Assembly: GCA_903813345.2 (NCBI GenBank)
Contig: CAIIXF020000001.1
Span: forward strand, 3,410,001-3,474,000
Source: Owenia fusiformis
Taxonomy: Eukaryota
DNA length: 64,000 nucleotides
Reading direction: 5' to 3'
Under the pieces are notes generated by a model. The model did not search any database, had not been told where the DNA came from, and saw nothing but the letters and a program-made list of their open reading frames with translations. Positions 13,601-25,031 of the stretch are shown in pieces. The position numbers and the translations under genes are program-made. Each line of letters begins with the position of its first letter. Position 1 is the stretch's first letter.

Positions 13601-14375
13601 AACTCATAAGTTAAATTTGAAGAATTTTTTATTTTGACCTACTTTTGGGACACCATATCTCAAAAGTGGGTCAAAATACTTCCTGACGGCAAAAGGCTAA
13701 CACTATTAGCACACTCTTGGCTACATGTATACACGATTTCGAAAAATATAGTTTAAGTGTAGTGTCAGAATCGCAAAAATAAGGAAAAACTTTGAATTTG
13801 ACCTAGATTTTGACCTTGGCATTTTTGTGTCCAAATTTTTAAGCTAGATGGCTTTTGAGGTCCCCTTCTTTTAAAAGCTTCCATTATATTAAGCTGAACT
13901 CAGTCTATATTTCGTATTTTTCACTTCAAAAAAAATCTTTTTTCCCATTGACTTAACATGGGCACCAAATTTAGCGATTTTTGAGCTTTCAAAACGATAT
14001 AACTTCCGAACCGGAAGTCGGATCGAAATTTGGTTTTCAGATTCGGAATCCTGAGAAAATTTCCTACAAGACCAGTAGCGTGGACATTGAATTGGGAGAA
14101 CTTTTTTTTGGACCTCGTTTTCGGACACTGATATCTCGAAATCGGTTTGAGATATCAAAAAACTAAATCGACCTGTTTTCCCCTACTTTTTTATGAGGAA
14201 CACAATGAAAAAAACCCGGATTGAAAATATCGAAGGACGACCGAGAAAATTGAAAAAAGTGACAAAGTACTGGATTTGACCTAGTTCTTGACCTTTGACC
14301 TAGATAAAAATTTGACCTAATTTCCCATCATCCCAGATACATTCCCTAGTTGATCATGTAAGCAGCTTAAAGTAA

Positions 14376-14786
14376 GGGGAGGCATCAAAAGTTCAATGTC
14401 TGATAGGAAACTAAATAAATCTAGTTTTGAGTTGGACCCCCCCCTCCCCCTCAAAACTAAATACAATGAAAGTTGATTGCGGACTTTTCACATGTTTTAG
14501 CGACTCAATTTGGACTTTCATGGGGGCAGTACTATAACTTATTCATGATTCTTAAACATGTGCCAACAACAATAGGCATGATATTCCATGTTGCATGCAT
14601 CTTGGTGAAGAAGGCATCTAGTAAAGTCTTCATTTTTAAACCATTCCAAGGCATTTCGACTCGAAATTGCAAAAAATTTAAATGTTGAAATTTGTCGGAT
14701 AGCAAACTGAAATGGCTTTGACCCCCTCCCCCCCAAACTAGATTTATTTAGTTTTCTATCAGACATTGATCTTTTGATGCCTCCCC
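14376..14786. mobile_element. MITE with TAA TSD (PIF/Harbinger- or Zator-like) inside the HINE-A copy starting at 12573
   Basis: ~50-bp TIR GGGGAGGCATCAAAAG.TCAATGTCTGATAG.AAACTAAATAAATCTAGTTT with TAA at 14373-14375 and 14787-14789. The empty site AAAGTAAGCTCTTCTAG is present in the sibling copy at ~12519. Confidence 0.9.
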
Positions 14787-16910
14787 TAAGCTCTTCTAGT
14801 TGGTGAGAAATCTGGGAAGGAGGAAGAGGAAGAAAGAATAATAATAACTAGATTTTGGAAATTGAACGAGTTCAATTTCAGACTCCAGATCTAGACTTTT
14901 TTTAGCCGAGTCATTCAGAATAAGCCAAGTCATCCAAAATAAGCTGAGTCATCCAGAAAAAGATGGATGGATGGATGGATGGATGGATGGATGGATGAAA
15001 AGGGAAGGAAGGATACGATAGAATAGGAAGGAACAATAGGATAGAATAGGAAAGAAGGATAGAATAGAATAGGAAGGATAGGAAGGAGAGGATACGAAGC
15101 AAGGGTAGATAGGAAGGATAGCATAGGATCAGAAAGGAAGGATGGATGCATTTTTCAATATTTTCTTCTCTACTCTTGACTTTCTATCAGGATACCATCA
15201 GATCTATTTTTCTTGAAATTTCAAAACGCCATAACTTCCGAACCGGAAGTCGGATCGAAATTTGATTTGCAGATTCGGATTCCTGACAAAATTCTACCCC
15301 TAATTCATAACTCATACGTTAAATTTGGAAACTTTTTATTTTGACCTACTTTTTGGACTTTGGACACGCCATAACTTCTGAACTGGAAGTCGGATCGAAA
15401 TTTGAATTGCAGATCGGGTTCCTGACAAAATTCTACACCTAATTCATAACTCATACATTAAATTTGGAGAATTTTATATTTTGACCTACTTTTCGGACAC
15501 CGTATCTCAAAAGTGGGTCAACATACTTTTTGACGGCAAAAGGCTAACGCTATAAGCACACTCTTGGCTACATGTATACACAATTTCGAGGAATATAATT
15601 AAAGTGTAGTGTCAGAATCGCAAAAATAAGGATAAACTATGAATATGACCTAGATTTTGACCTAGGTATTTTGGTGTCCAAATTTTGAAGTTAAGTAGCC
15701 TTCGAGGTTCCCTTCTTTCATAGGCTTTCATTATTTTAAGCTGTACTTAGTCTATATCTCGTATTTTACACTTCAAAAAAATCTTTTTTTCCCATTGACA
15801 TAACATGGGGCACCAAATTTAGCGATTTTTAAACTTTCAAAATGTCATAACTTCCGAACTGGAAGTCGGATCGAAATTTTGTTTGCAGATTCGGATTCCT
15901 TAGAAAATTCTATACTTAGTTCATAAATCACACCTTAAATTTGGAGAATTTTTCTTTTGACCTACTTTTCGGACACCATATCTCAAAAGTGGGGCAAAAT
16001 ACTTGCTGACGGCAAAAGGCTAACACTATTAGCACACTCTTGGCTACATGCATACAAAATTTCGAAGAATAATCTGTAGTGTCAGAATAGCAAAAATAAG
16101 GAAAAACTTTGAATTTGACCTAGATTTTGACCTAGGCATTTTGGTGTCCAAATTTTGAAGCTAGATGACTTTTGAGGTCCCATTCTTTTAAAAGCTTTCA
16201 TTATATTTAGCTGAACTCAGTCTATATTTCGTATTTTTCACTTCAAAAAAAATCTTTTTTCCCATTGACTTAACATGGGCACCAAATTTAGCGATTTTTG
16301 AGCTTTCAAAACGCCATAACTTCCGAACCGGAAGTCTGATTTGAATTTGGTTTTCAGATTCGGAATCCTGAGAAAATTTCCTATAAGACTAATATCCTGG
16401 ACATTTGATTCGGAGAACTTTTTTTTGGACCTCGTTTTCGGACACTGATATCTCGAAATCGGTTTGAGATATCAAAAAACTAAATCGACCCTAGCTTTTC
16501 TACTTTTTTATAAGGAACACAATAAAAAAAACACGGATCGAAAATATTGAAGGATGACCGAGAAAATCGAAAAAAGTGGCAAAGTACTGGATTTGACCTA
16601 GTTCTTGACCTTTGACCTAGATAAAAATTTGACCCAATTTCCGAGGAACTAGATTCTGGACCTAAATTGACCAAATGACTGACTTTACTGAAAACTTTAT
16701 GGTTATTGAGAAAACTGGGATAGAATAATAAGAAGAAGAAGAATAAGAAAACTGACGAAAACAATAGACTCCAGATTTCATCTGGAGTCTAATAATAAGA
16801 AAACTGGCAAAAGCAATAGACTCCAGATTTTCATCTGGAGTCTAATAATAATAAAGAAAACTGGCAAAAGCAATAGACTCCAGATTTTCATCTGGAGTCT
16901 AATAATAATA

Positions 16911-18452
16911 ACTAGACATTTAAAATCGCCACGGGGGCGATTTCGTAGAATGCCGTTCCTCGCCGCAGCAGCAAATTCGGTGCACAATTGACCTTTTTCA
17001 AGGTCACACAGAGGTTGAATTCCAAAACCGAAAGCATATTTGATATCATATTTTGCCATATTTTTGAAATTTTGGCACTTAATTTAAAAACCCGTACCCT
17101 TATCCTCCCAGACAAATTTTTCAAAATTGGGGCACCCAATCCCAATTAAAAAACCCGGAATATATGTTAAATGAGAAGAATGAGGCATGCCATGTACAAA
17201 ATTTGGGCAAAACATATCTATAGTGGCTCCTTGTACATGAAAAACAAGAAATATGTCTTACGTCGTTTTACGTTGAAGGTCAAAGGTCAAGGTCAAAATG
17301 TTGACCTAATTTACTATAGTTAAGTACAGTGTAATACAATGGTACCAATTTTGAATCAATTTGAGCAATTTTAGCAATTTAACATTTTTGACCTTTTCAA
17401 GGTCACCCGGAGGTCAAATTCCAAAACCACAAGCATATTTAGAATCAGGGACATCCATACTTCATACTTGCAAAGAATTGGAATGAAAATCACCCAAATT
17501 ATAAACCCTAGAGATATGTTAAATGGGAAGAGTAAGGCATGGAAAAAATAACTACAGTGGCTCCTTGAACAGGTAAAACAAGAAATAAGTTTTACGTCAT
17601 TTTACGGTGAAGGTCAAAGGTCAAGGTCAAAATGTTGACCTAATTTACTCTAGTTTAGTACAGTGTAATACAATGGTACCAATTTCGAATCAATTTGAGC
17701 AATTTTAGCAATTTAACCTTTTTGACCTTTTCAAGGTCACCCGGATGTCAAATTCCAAAACCACAAGCATATTTAGAATCGGGGACATCCATACTTCATA
17801 CTTGCAAAGAATTGGAATGAAAATCCTAGTTTTCAACTTTGAGGTCATTTGAAGGTCAATGTCAAAGGTCAAGGTCAAAATGGTGACCTAATTTACTCTA
17901 TCCGAGTACAGTGTAATACAATGGTACCAATTTGGAATCAATTTGAGCGATTTTGATTTTTGAACTTGTTGACCTTTTCAAGGTCACTCAGAGGTCGGAT
18001 TCCAAAACCGAAAGCATATTTGGAATCAGGGGCTTCTATTCTTTATATCTGCTCAGAATTGGGATCGGATACACAGTTTTCAAATTTTGCCCCACTGGGG
18101 TGCCCCATTTTTCAAATTTGGGGCACCCAATTTTAAAACCCGGAATATATATGAAATGGCAATTGTGAGGGATGGCATATGCAAATTTTGGGTAAAAAAT
18201 AAAAATGGTTACTCCTTGTACGTGCAAAAATGTAAAAATTTGCGATTTGACCTTGGCTAATTAGGGAGGGGCTAATTAAAAAAATGAAGGCATTTCCCTG
18301 TAGCCCAGGAACATGTCAAGGTTGATGGTATATGCTAATTAGCTGACATGTCGGTGTGTGCGGAGAAATCTTGCGTGGAATAATAATAATAATAAAAATA
18401 AGAAAAAGGCGAAAACTATAGAATGCCGTTTCTTCGAAACCGGCATTCTAAT
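16911..18452 (-). mobile_element. Helentron-like (HINE) family B element inserted among the family A right ends
   Basis: Left end ACTAGA + hairpin AAATCGCC-ACGGG-GGCGATTT + TAGAATGCCG. Right end (AAT)n + hairpin TAGAATGCCG...CGGCATTCTA. Internal tandem repeats rich in AGGTCA/TGACCT. Same architecture as family A, unrelated terminal sequence. Confidence 0.8.
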
Positions 18453-21029
18453 AAAGAAAACAGGCAAAAACAATAGACTCCAGATTTTCAATCTGGAGTC
18501 TAATAATAACTAGACTTTGGAAATTGAACAAGTTCAATTTCAGACTCCAGATTAAGACCTTTTTTAGCCGAGTCATCCAGAATAAGCCGAGTCATCCAGA
18601 ATAAGCTGAGTGATCCAAAAAAAGATGGATGAATAAAATAGGAAGGTAGGATAGGATAGAATAGGAAGGAACGATAGGATAGAATAAGAAAGAAGGATAG
18701 GATACAATAAGAAGAAAGGATATAATAGGATAGGATAGGAAGGAAAAGATACGAAGGAAGGATAGAAAAGAAGGATAGGATAGGATCAGATAGGAAGGAT
18801 GGATGAATTTTTCAATATATTCTTCTCTACTCTTGACTTTCTATCAGGATACCATCAGATCGATTTCAAAACGCCATAACTTCCAGCAGTCAGATCCAAA
18901 TTTGGTTTGCAGATTCGGATTCCTGACAAAATTCTACCCCTAATTCATAACTCATACGTTAAATTTGGAAACTTTTTATTTTTACCTACTTTTTGGACAC
19001 GCCACAACTTCCGAATCGGAAGTCGGATCGGAATTTGAATTGCAGATTCGGATTCCTGACAAAATTCTGCACCTAATTCATAACGCATACGTTAAATTTG
19101 GAGATTTTTTTATTTTGACCTACTTTTCGGACACCATATCTCAAAAGTGGGTCAAAATACTTTCTGACGGCAAAAGGCTAACACTATAAGCACACTCTTG
19201 GCTACATGTATACACAATTTCGAAGAATATAATTGAAGTGTAGTGTCAGAAACGCAAAAATAAGGAAAACCTTTGAATTTGACCTAGATTTTGACCTAGG
19301 CATTTTGGTGTCCAAAATTGAAACTAACTGGCTTTTGAGGTCTCCTTCTTTTGAAGGCTTTCATTAAATTAAGCTGAACTCAGTCTATATTTCGTATTTC
19401 TAACTTCAAAAAAATCTTTTTCCCATTGACTTAACATGGGCACCAAATTTAGCAATTTTTGAGCTTTTAAAACGCCAAAACTTCCGAACCGGAAGTCGGA
19501 TCGAAATTTGGTTTGCAGATTCGGATTCCAGAAAGAATTCTACCCCTAATTGATAACTCATACCTTGAATTTGGAGAACTTTTTATTTTGACATACTTTC
19601 TGGACGCCATATTTCAAAATCGGTAAGAGTAATCAAAAAACGGATGGCACACATATGAAAGGGCTGTTTCTAAGCTACATGATGAAAAAAAGATGAAGAC
19701 GTTTCGATAAATAACGACGAAGATAATAGAACAAAGGTTGAAAATGTAAGATTTGACCCAGTCCTAGGATAGGATAGGATATAGAATAGGAAGGAAGGAT
19801 AGGATAGGAAGGAAAGGATAGGAAGGAAGGATAGATAGGAAGGATATGATCAGACAGGATAGGAAGGAAGGATGGATGATTTTTTCTATATTTTCTTCGC
19901 TACTCTTGACTTTCTATAAGGATATCATCAGATCGATTTTTCTCGAAATTTCAAAACGCCATAACCTTTGAACCGGAAGTCGGATCGAAATTTGGTTTGC
20001 AGATTTGGATTCCTGAGAAAATTCTACCCTTAATTCATAACTCATATGTTAAATTTGGAGAACTTTTTATTGTGACCTACTTTCTGGACGCCATATTTCA
20101 AAATTGGTAAGTGTAATCAAAAATCTAATGTCATATCTTTGCTTTGGCTTTTTCTAAGCTACATGATGAAAAAAAGATTTAGGAGTTACGATAAACAACG
20201 ACGAAGATAAATGACAGAATGTTGAAAATGTAAGATTTGACCTAGTTCTTGACCTTTGACCTAGATAAAAATTTGACCCAATTTCCGAGAAACTAGATCT
20301 AGGACCTAAATGGACCATATATAAGACTTGACTCAATATCTTCTAGTTAACGAGAAAACTGGGAAAGAAAAATAAGAATAAAGAATAATAAAGAATAAGA
20401 ATACTGACAAAAACAATAGACTCCAGATTGACATCTGGAGTCTAATAATAATAAAGAAGAATACTGACGAAAACAATAGACTCCAGATTGACATCTGGAG
20501 TCTAATAATAAAGAAGAATACTGGCAAAAACAATAGACTCCAGATTGACATCTGGAGTCTAATAACATTATGCAACAACAGTCTTGTAAAGTCACTTATG
20601 AATGTTGCTCTGATAGGCTAGGCAAATGGAAGTTTAACATCCCAAAAATTGCAACAGTTTTTAAATTAGGCTTATATTGTATATTGATACCAGTTGAAAA
20701 ACATATCAAAAATATAGAAAAATATATGCAGTGGACAAATATGAAATGTCACATTCAAGGTACCCCCCTCCAAATTTGAGTATGGGATTGTAAATATTTT
20801 TTTATTTCAAAATGGAATACTCTTGTCAACTAAACGAGTAATATTATGATAGTTTACTGACATAAGAGCAACCAAAAATTGTTAACCAACTATTTGAGTG
20901 CAATAATTGGCATTTCTAGCGCCAAATATATGAAAATAGGCCATCAAATAGCCCGAATTTAATATAACAATGTATTTATTTCTGTATCAATTCATCAGAA
21001 TTGCATGAAAAATATTAAGGAGGGTATTG

Positions 21030-22306
21030 CAGTGGCGTAGGCAGGATTTGTCAGGGGGGGGGTTCTAATATTTTCTGCCAAATTTGCCAAATGTGCTTAA
21101 ATTTTGCCAAATTTGCTTAAGTTTTGCCAAATTTGTTTAAATTTTGCCAAATTTGCTTAAATTTTGTCTAATTTGTTTCAATTTTACCAAATTTGCTTAA
21201 ATCTTGCCAAATTTGCTTAAATTTTGCCAAATTTGATGAAATTTTGCCAAATTTGATGAAATTTTGCCAAATTTGCTGAAATTCTGCCAAATTTGCTGTA
21301 TGTTTGCCAATTTACCTCAATTTTGCCAAATTTGCTTAAATTTTGCAAAGTTTTCTTAATTTTGGTCTAATTTAATTAATTTTTGACAAGTTTCTAAAAT
21401 TTTACTTAAATTTTGCTAATTTTACAAAGTTTCATTGTTGCCAAATTTTCATAATTTTTGCCCATTCGCTAAAATTTAAAATTTTACCAAATTTTCTCAA
21501 GTTTACCAAATCTCAAACAATTGCAAAAGCAAAAAATAGGTAAAATATCCCAAGACCAAGTTCATTTATTTGGGCAGATTTTTTTAAATTTGGACCCAAC
21601 ATACCACAAATTCACAGAAATTAGCAGACATAGAACCCCCTCCCCCCCAATTTTCAATGATGAATCGCTTGTACAACGAGCTTTATAAATAAATAGGAGC
21701 CAAAAATCAGTAATCAACTCTGTGTGAGTGATCTTTATACTTGCTCTCTGATCTAACTACAGCATGTAAAAATAAGAACGTTGTAAGTAAGAATTTTCTA
21801 GCGTTCACAATTTTGGTGCATCACGGCCCAGTGTCACTAAACATTCACATGTTCAAAATTCTCTGCTGATTTATATCAAAAATTAGACCATTTTGACGTT
21901 ATGTACAACAATCAGATAATTTCAACTTGGTAGGTATGCTTTATTTGTGCATTTGAATTCATTTTGAAGATATTACTTCAGTATTTCAGGCCTAAAGTGC
22001 AAAGAGCATACCTATTATCGCCCATTATCTGATTATTGATTAGAAGTTTTTTGTTTTTCTGTTTTTTTAAAAATCTTTTTTACTCAAAATGAAGCTATAA
22101 ATCTCACATATTTCCATCTTGACATATAACTCAATTGTCTTTGGGTAATCAAAAACGATAAATTATTGAAAGACTGCAAAAATTTTACTCAAAGTTTGGA
22201 GGTTTGCATAATTGCCAGAAAGGGTGGGTTCGAATTTTTTTAGGCAAGATTTGGGGGGGGGGGTTCGCACGAGCCCTACGAACCCCCTCTCCCTATAACG
22301 GCCCTG
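21030..22306. mobile_element. hAT-like non-autonomous element with 5-bp TSD, inserted in the Academ left TIR
   Basis: Termini CAGTGGCGTA / TAACGGCCCTG with TATTG duplicated at 21025-21029 and 22307-22311. G-rich subterminal tracts. TIR homology resumes after it. Confidence 0.75.
21078..21430. repeat. 21-bp minisatellite AAATTTGCTTAAATTTTGCCA
   Basis: Directly visible tandem units that degenerate rightwards. Confidence 0.9.
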
Positions 22307-23233
22307 TATTGTACACCTGAACATTGTCTTTGATAAGTATCAGGGTCATTAAGTGAATATTGAGCGTGGAAATAATATTTGAAATTTCAATATTTTACCA
22401 CACCCACTTTTGGGGTGACCTTACTTTTGTTTAATTACTTCCAAGATATGTCATATTTGAACTCAATAGCACAACTAGATTATTTGTAAAGGAGACACAC
22501 AACCATTAGATCCTTCCGCCAAGTGGGAAGACGAATAGATGGCATTATAAAAACAAAAATATAGTCCAATTATTGTAATTACATTAGCATCACCAGTGGT
22601 TGGATTTTGGTAAGTACATGAATGAAAAAGTGTATGTGTGGACCAACTCTGAGACATGATTTGATGTGATTAAGGTGCATTTTCTTTAAAAAATTTGACC
22701 TTTTTGACCTGCCTCCATCTGTCAAAATCAGAATGACATTTTTTGACATTTTCTATAGATGGCGTCTTCAACAGGTGAGATCTTTTGATTTTCGTGGGGA
22801 GTTTTGATTCAAACTTTTTTGACTGACAGAGGACATACTGGGGTATGATGCAATGATAGCAAAACATGTCCACAAATCTTAGTTTTCTCTTGAAGACAGA
22901 TCGTTTGTATGGGAATACGCATGTTATAACAATTAGTTGGGTTAACCCAAAGGCTTATTTTGTCCTGAAAACAGTTTTTTGAGGTTTTCAGGAAAGGATT
23001 ATGTAAAAAAGTAGAAAAACAGCAAATGCCAGGTGAAATATAGGGGAAGCCCTACTTTTAGATGATAACTGTTAAATTATCAAATGTTTTTTCCTTTTAA
23101 ATTCAATTTGATATATAATATACATTTTCTGGTAAAACAGAGAACGATTTGTTACAATCAGTGGTCAAAAAATGTCCTTGAAAAGGCAACAAAATGTTAA
23201 ATATCCCTGTCCCTGACATCAGTTTATTAATAT

Positions 23234-23791
23234 GAGCCAAAAAAGGTAACCCAACCAAATGTTTGTTAATAACCCAGTCATTCAGCATGGGTTTGACATC
23301 ATATTTGGCACAATTACCTTGTTCAATGTTCTTTCATTTTACTAAGTGTCATTGATCTATCCTTAATAGTCACGATTTTATGGTCATTTACAAAATGTGC
23401 TCAAAATATCGAAATGTGCCTAACTGACTGGACATCAATACCTCCAATTTTTTTTTTATTTGTGGACCTTTTTTCGATACTAACAACACTTGAAACATTA
23501 AAACAAGAGAAAAGAATGAAGATGAGAGTCATAACACATGATTTTTATGCTCCTGATATGAACAACAACGCACGATACGTTCAAGTTGGCCTCCAGACAT
23601 GACACCCATATTTCATGGCATGGTATAAAATGGCCATAAAATCGTGACGACTAGAGACCATTGAGACTGGGTAGATTGATAATACATTGACCAAGACTAA
23701 ATTCTGCCAAATATGACACTAAATCCATGCAGGATAACTGGACTGGATTATCAAGATTTGTTTGGGTTAATTACCTTTTTGGCTCGCCCTG
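23234..23791. mobile_element. Degenerate Tc1/mariner-like MITE
   Basis: ~150-bp diverged inverted arms (GAGCCAAAAAAGGTAA... vs ...TTACCTTTTTGGCTCGCCCTG-TA). The right end has CCCTG|TA; the left end is eroded. Confidence 0.55.
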
Positions 23792-24166
23792 TATTAAGGA
23801 AAAATTGTTACTTTTGACTAAGGTGTTCTTAACCACACAGTGATATTGAGAAATGAAATGAAGAAGTTCAACTGAAGAATGTTCGATTTCAAGATGAAAT
23901 TCAATAAAAAATGAGGAAAAGGTTCCTACATTAATAAATCCTCCTGAGTTAACTAGTGTAACGTAAAGTAAATCCCTGATCTTTATACAGGGCCTGGTTC
24001 GATTATGTTATGTTCATTATCAAAAATGCTGCCTTAATTTTGTAATCTTAACCTTCATATATGTGTCTTACTTATAGAGAGCAAAAAAGAATGCTGATTA
24101 AATAAGCTTAATACTATTATGTTGTAACAACAATCAGTTACAACCTTGTCTTTCACCAGCCTTCAT

Positions 24167-24438
24167 CAGGGGCGGATATGGGAACCAACAAGGGGGGGGG
24201 CCCAAATGTCAGGTCTGAGAAAAAAACTTCCGCGGAAACAATTTTGGGCCCCTAAAACCCTGAAGTGGGCCCAAATTTTGAAAAATTGAGACCCATTTTC
24301 TTCAATTAAAAAATAAGGCTTTAAAAGGCCCATTTATGACCAAAAAGGCCCACTTTTTGGGGCCTTAAAGCCTTTTTTGGGCCCAATTTTTTTTCAGGGC
24401 CCGCCCAAGGGGGTGGGAGGGGCCCAGATCTGCCAGGG
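24167..24438. mobile_element. Short hAT-like MITE with 5-bp TSD
   Basis: Termini CAGGGGCGGATATGGG / CCCAGATCTGCCAGGG (imperfect) with TTCAT duplicated at 24162-24166 and 24439-24443. Many GGGCCC motifs. Confidence 0.65.
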
Positions 24439-25031
24439 TTCATTATTTAGTCATCATTATTCTCATGATCAGTAATGGAGGTATTTGCACAAATGCCTTT
24501 GCATACCTTACATGTCAAAGAACAGTTATTTCATTTTTCTACAAGAACATCTCATAGAAATACAATCTGCCTTACACACACAATGGATGATCTCTGAGAA
24601 AGGGGAGCTGCATTTAGGCAATTGGTACATATTTTCGTTGCTTATTTCCCAGCCCAATTATAATGGAGGCAGTTTATTTCCCTCCCACTCCTGGATCTGA
24701 TGGTACACTCTGTAACTGTGGTATTCCGCAGCATCAGAAAATGGAGGAAGAACACGGGGCTGCAATAATTCAGATCTTGCTGCTCTCTTTTAATAGAATT
24801 TTAGAAGCCTAAGATAATTTAGGGTTTCACCATTTTTCCACCATAAATTGACAAAAGAGCATGTCCCTCTGCAATGACAGAGTTGCTTGCATTTCACTGG
24901 TTTTCTACTTGTTTACGTTGTAACAAAATGTCGGAACATCGAAGGTTTGATTTTTCTTTTTTCTTTATTTCACACATTGTAGGCAGAATTCCCACAACAT
25001 TGTTATCACAAACATTTATCAGTATTATATG

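Larger units (their letters stand above)
4045..20563 (-). mobile_element. Nested stack of eight Helentron-like (HINE) family A elements
   Basis: Eight left ends ACTAGA + hairpin GAAATTGAAC-n-GTTCAATTT + AGACTCCAG at 4045, 5431, 7228, 8616, 10347, 12573, 14847 and 18509. Eight right-end hairpins TAGACTCCAGAT-loop-ATCTGGAGTCTA at 7198, 16765, 16817, 16874, 18474, 20417, 20477 and 20534. Internal ~120-bp and ~475-bp repeats. Read on minus, each element ends hairpin + CTAGT and sits in TT, as Helentron/HINE elements do. Confidence 0.85.

Noticed and set aside
16745-16905. Stacked palindromic ~28-bp repeats with short spacers (also 20400-20563, 52820-52919) resembling a CRISPR array
   Set aside because: Spacers are near-identical AAT/AAG-rich sequence, there are no cas genes, the context is eukaryotic, and the repeats are fully explained as displaced HINE right ends.
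4045-20563. Head-to-tail rolling-circle concatemer, satellite or assembly artefact
   Set aside because: Adjacent units belong to different subfamilies, most lack an adjacent right end, and the missing ends are found downstream in reverse order with matching variants.
4324-20595. Many recurring 60-105 aa ORFs (e.g. AITSEPEVGSKFGLQIRI, poly-Phe) here and at 50007-52931
   Set aside because: They are chance translations of non-coding HINE repeats, mostly with non-ATG starts, and frames are not conserved between copies.
22475-22873. Short minus-strand ORFs inside the Academ element
   Set aside because: No motif I can assign; possibly decayed cargo.
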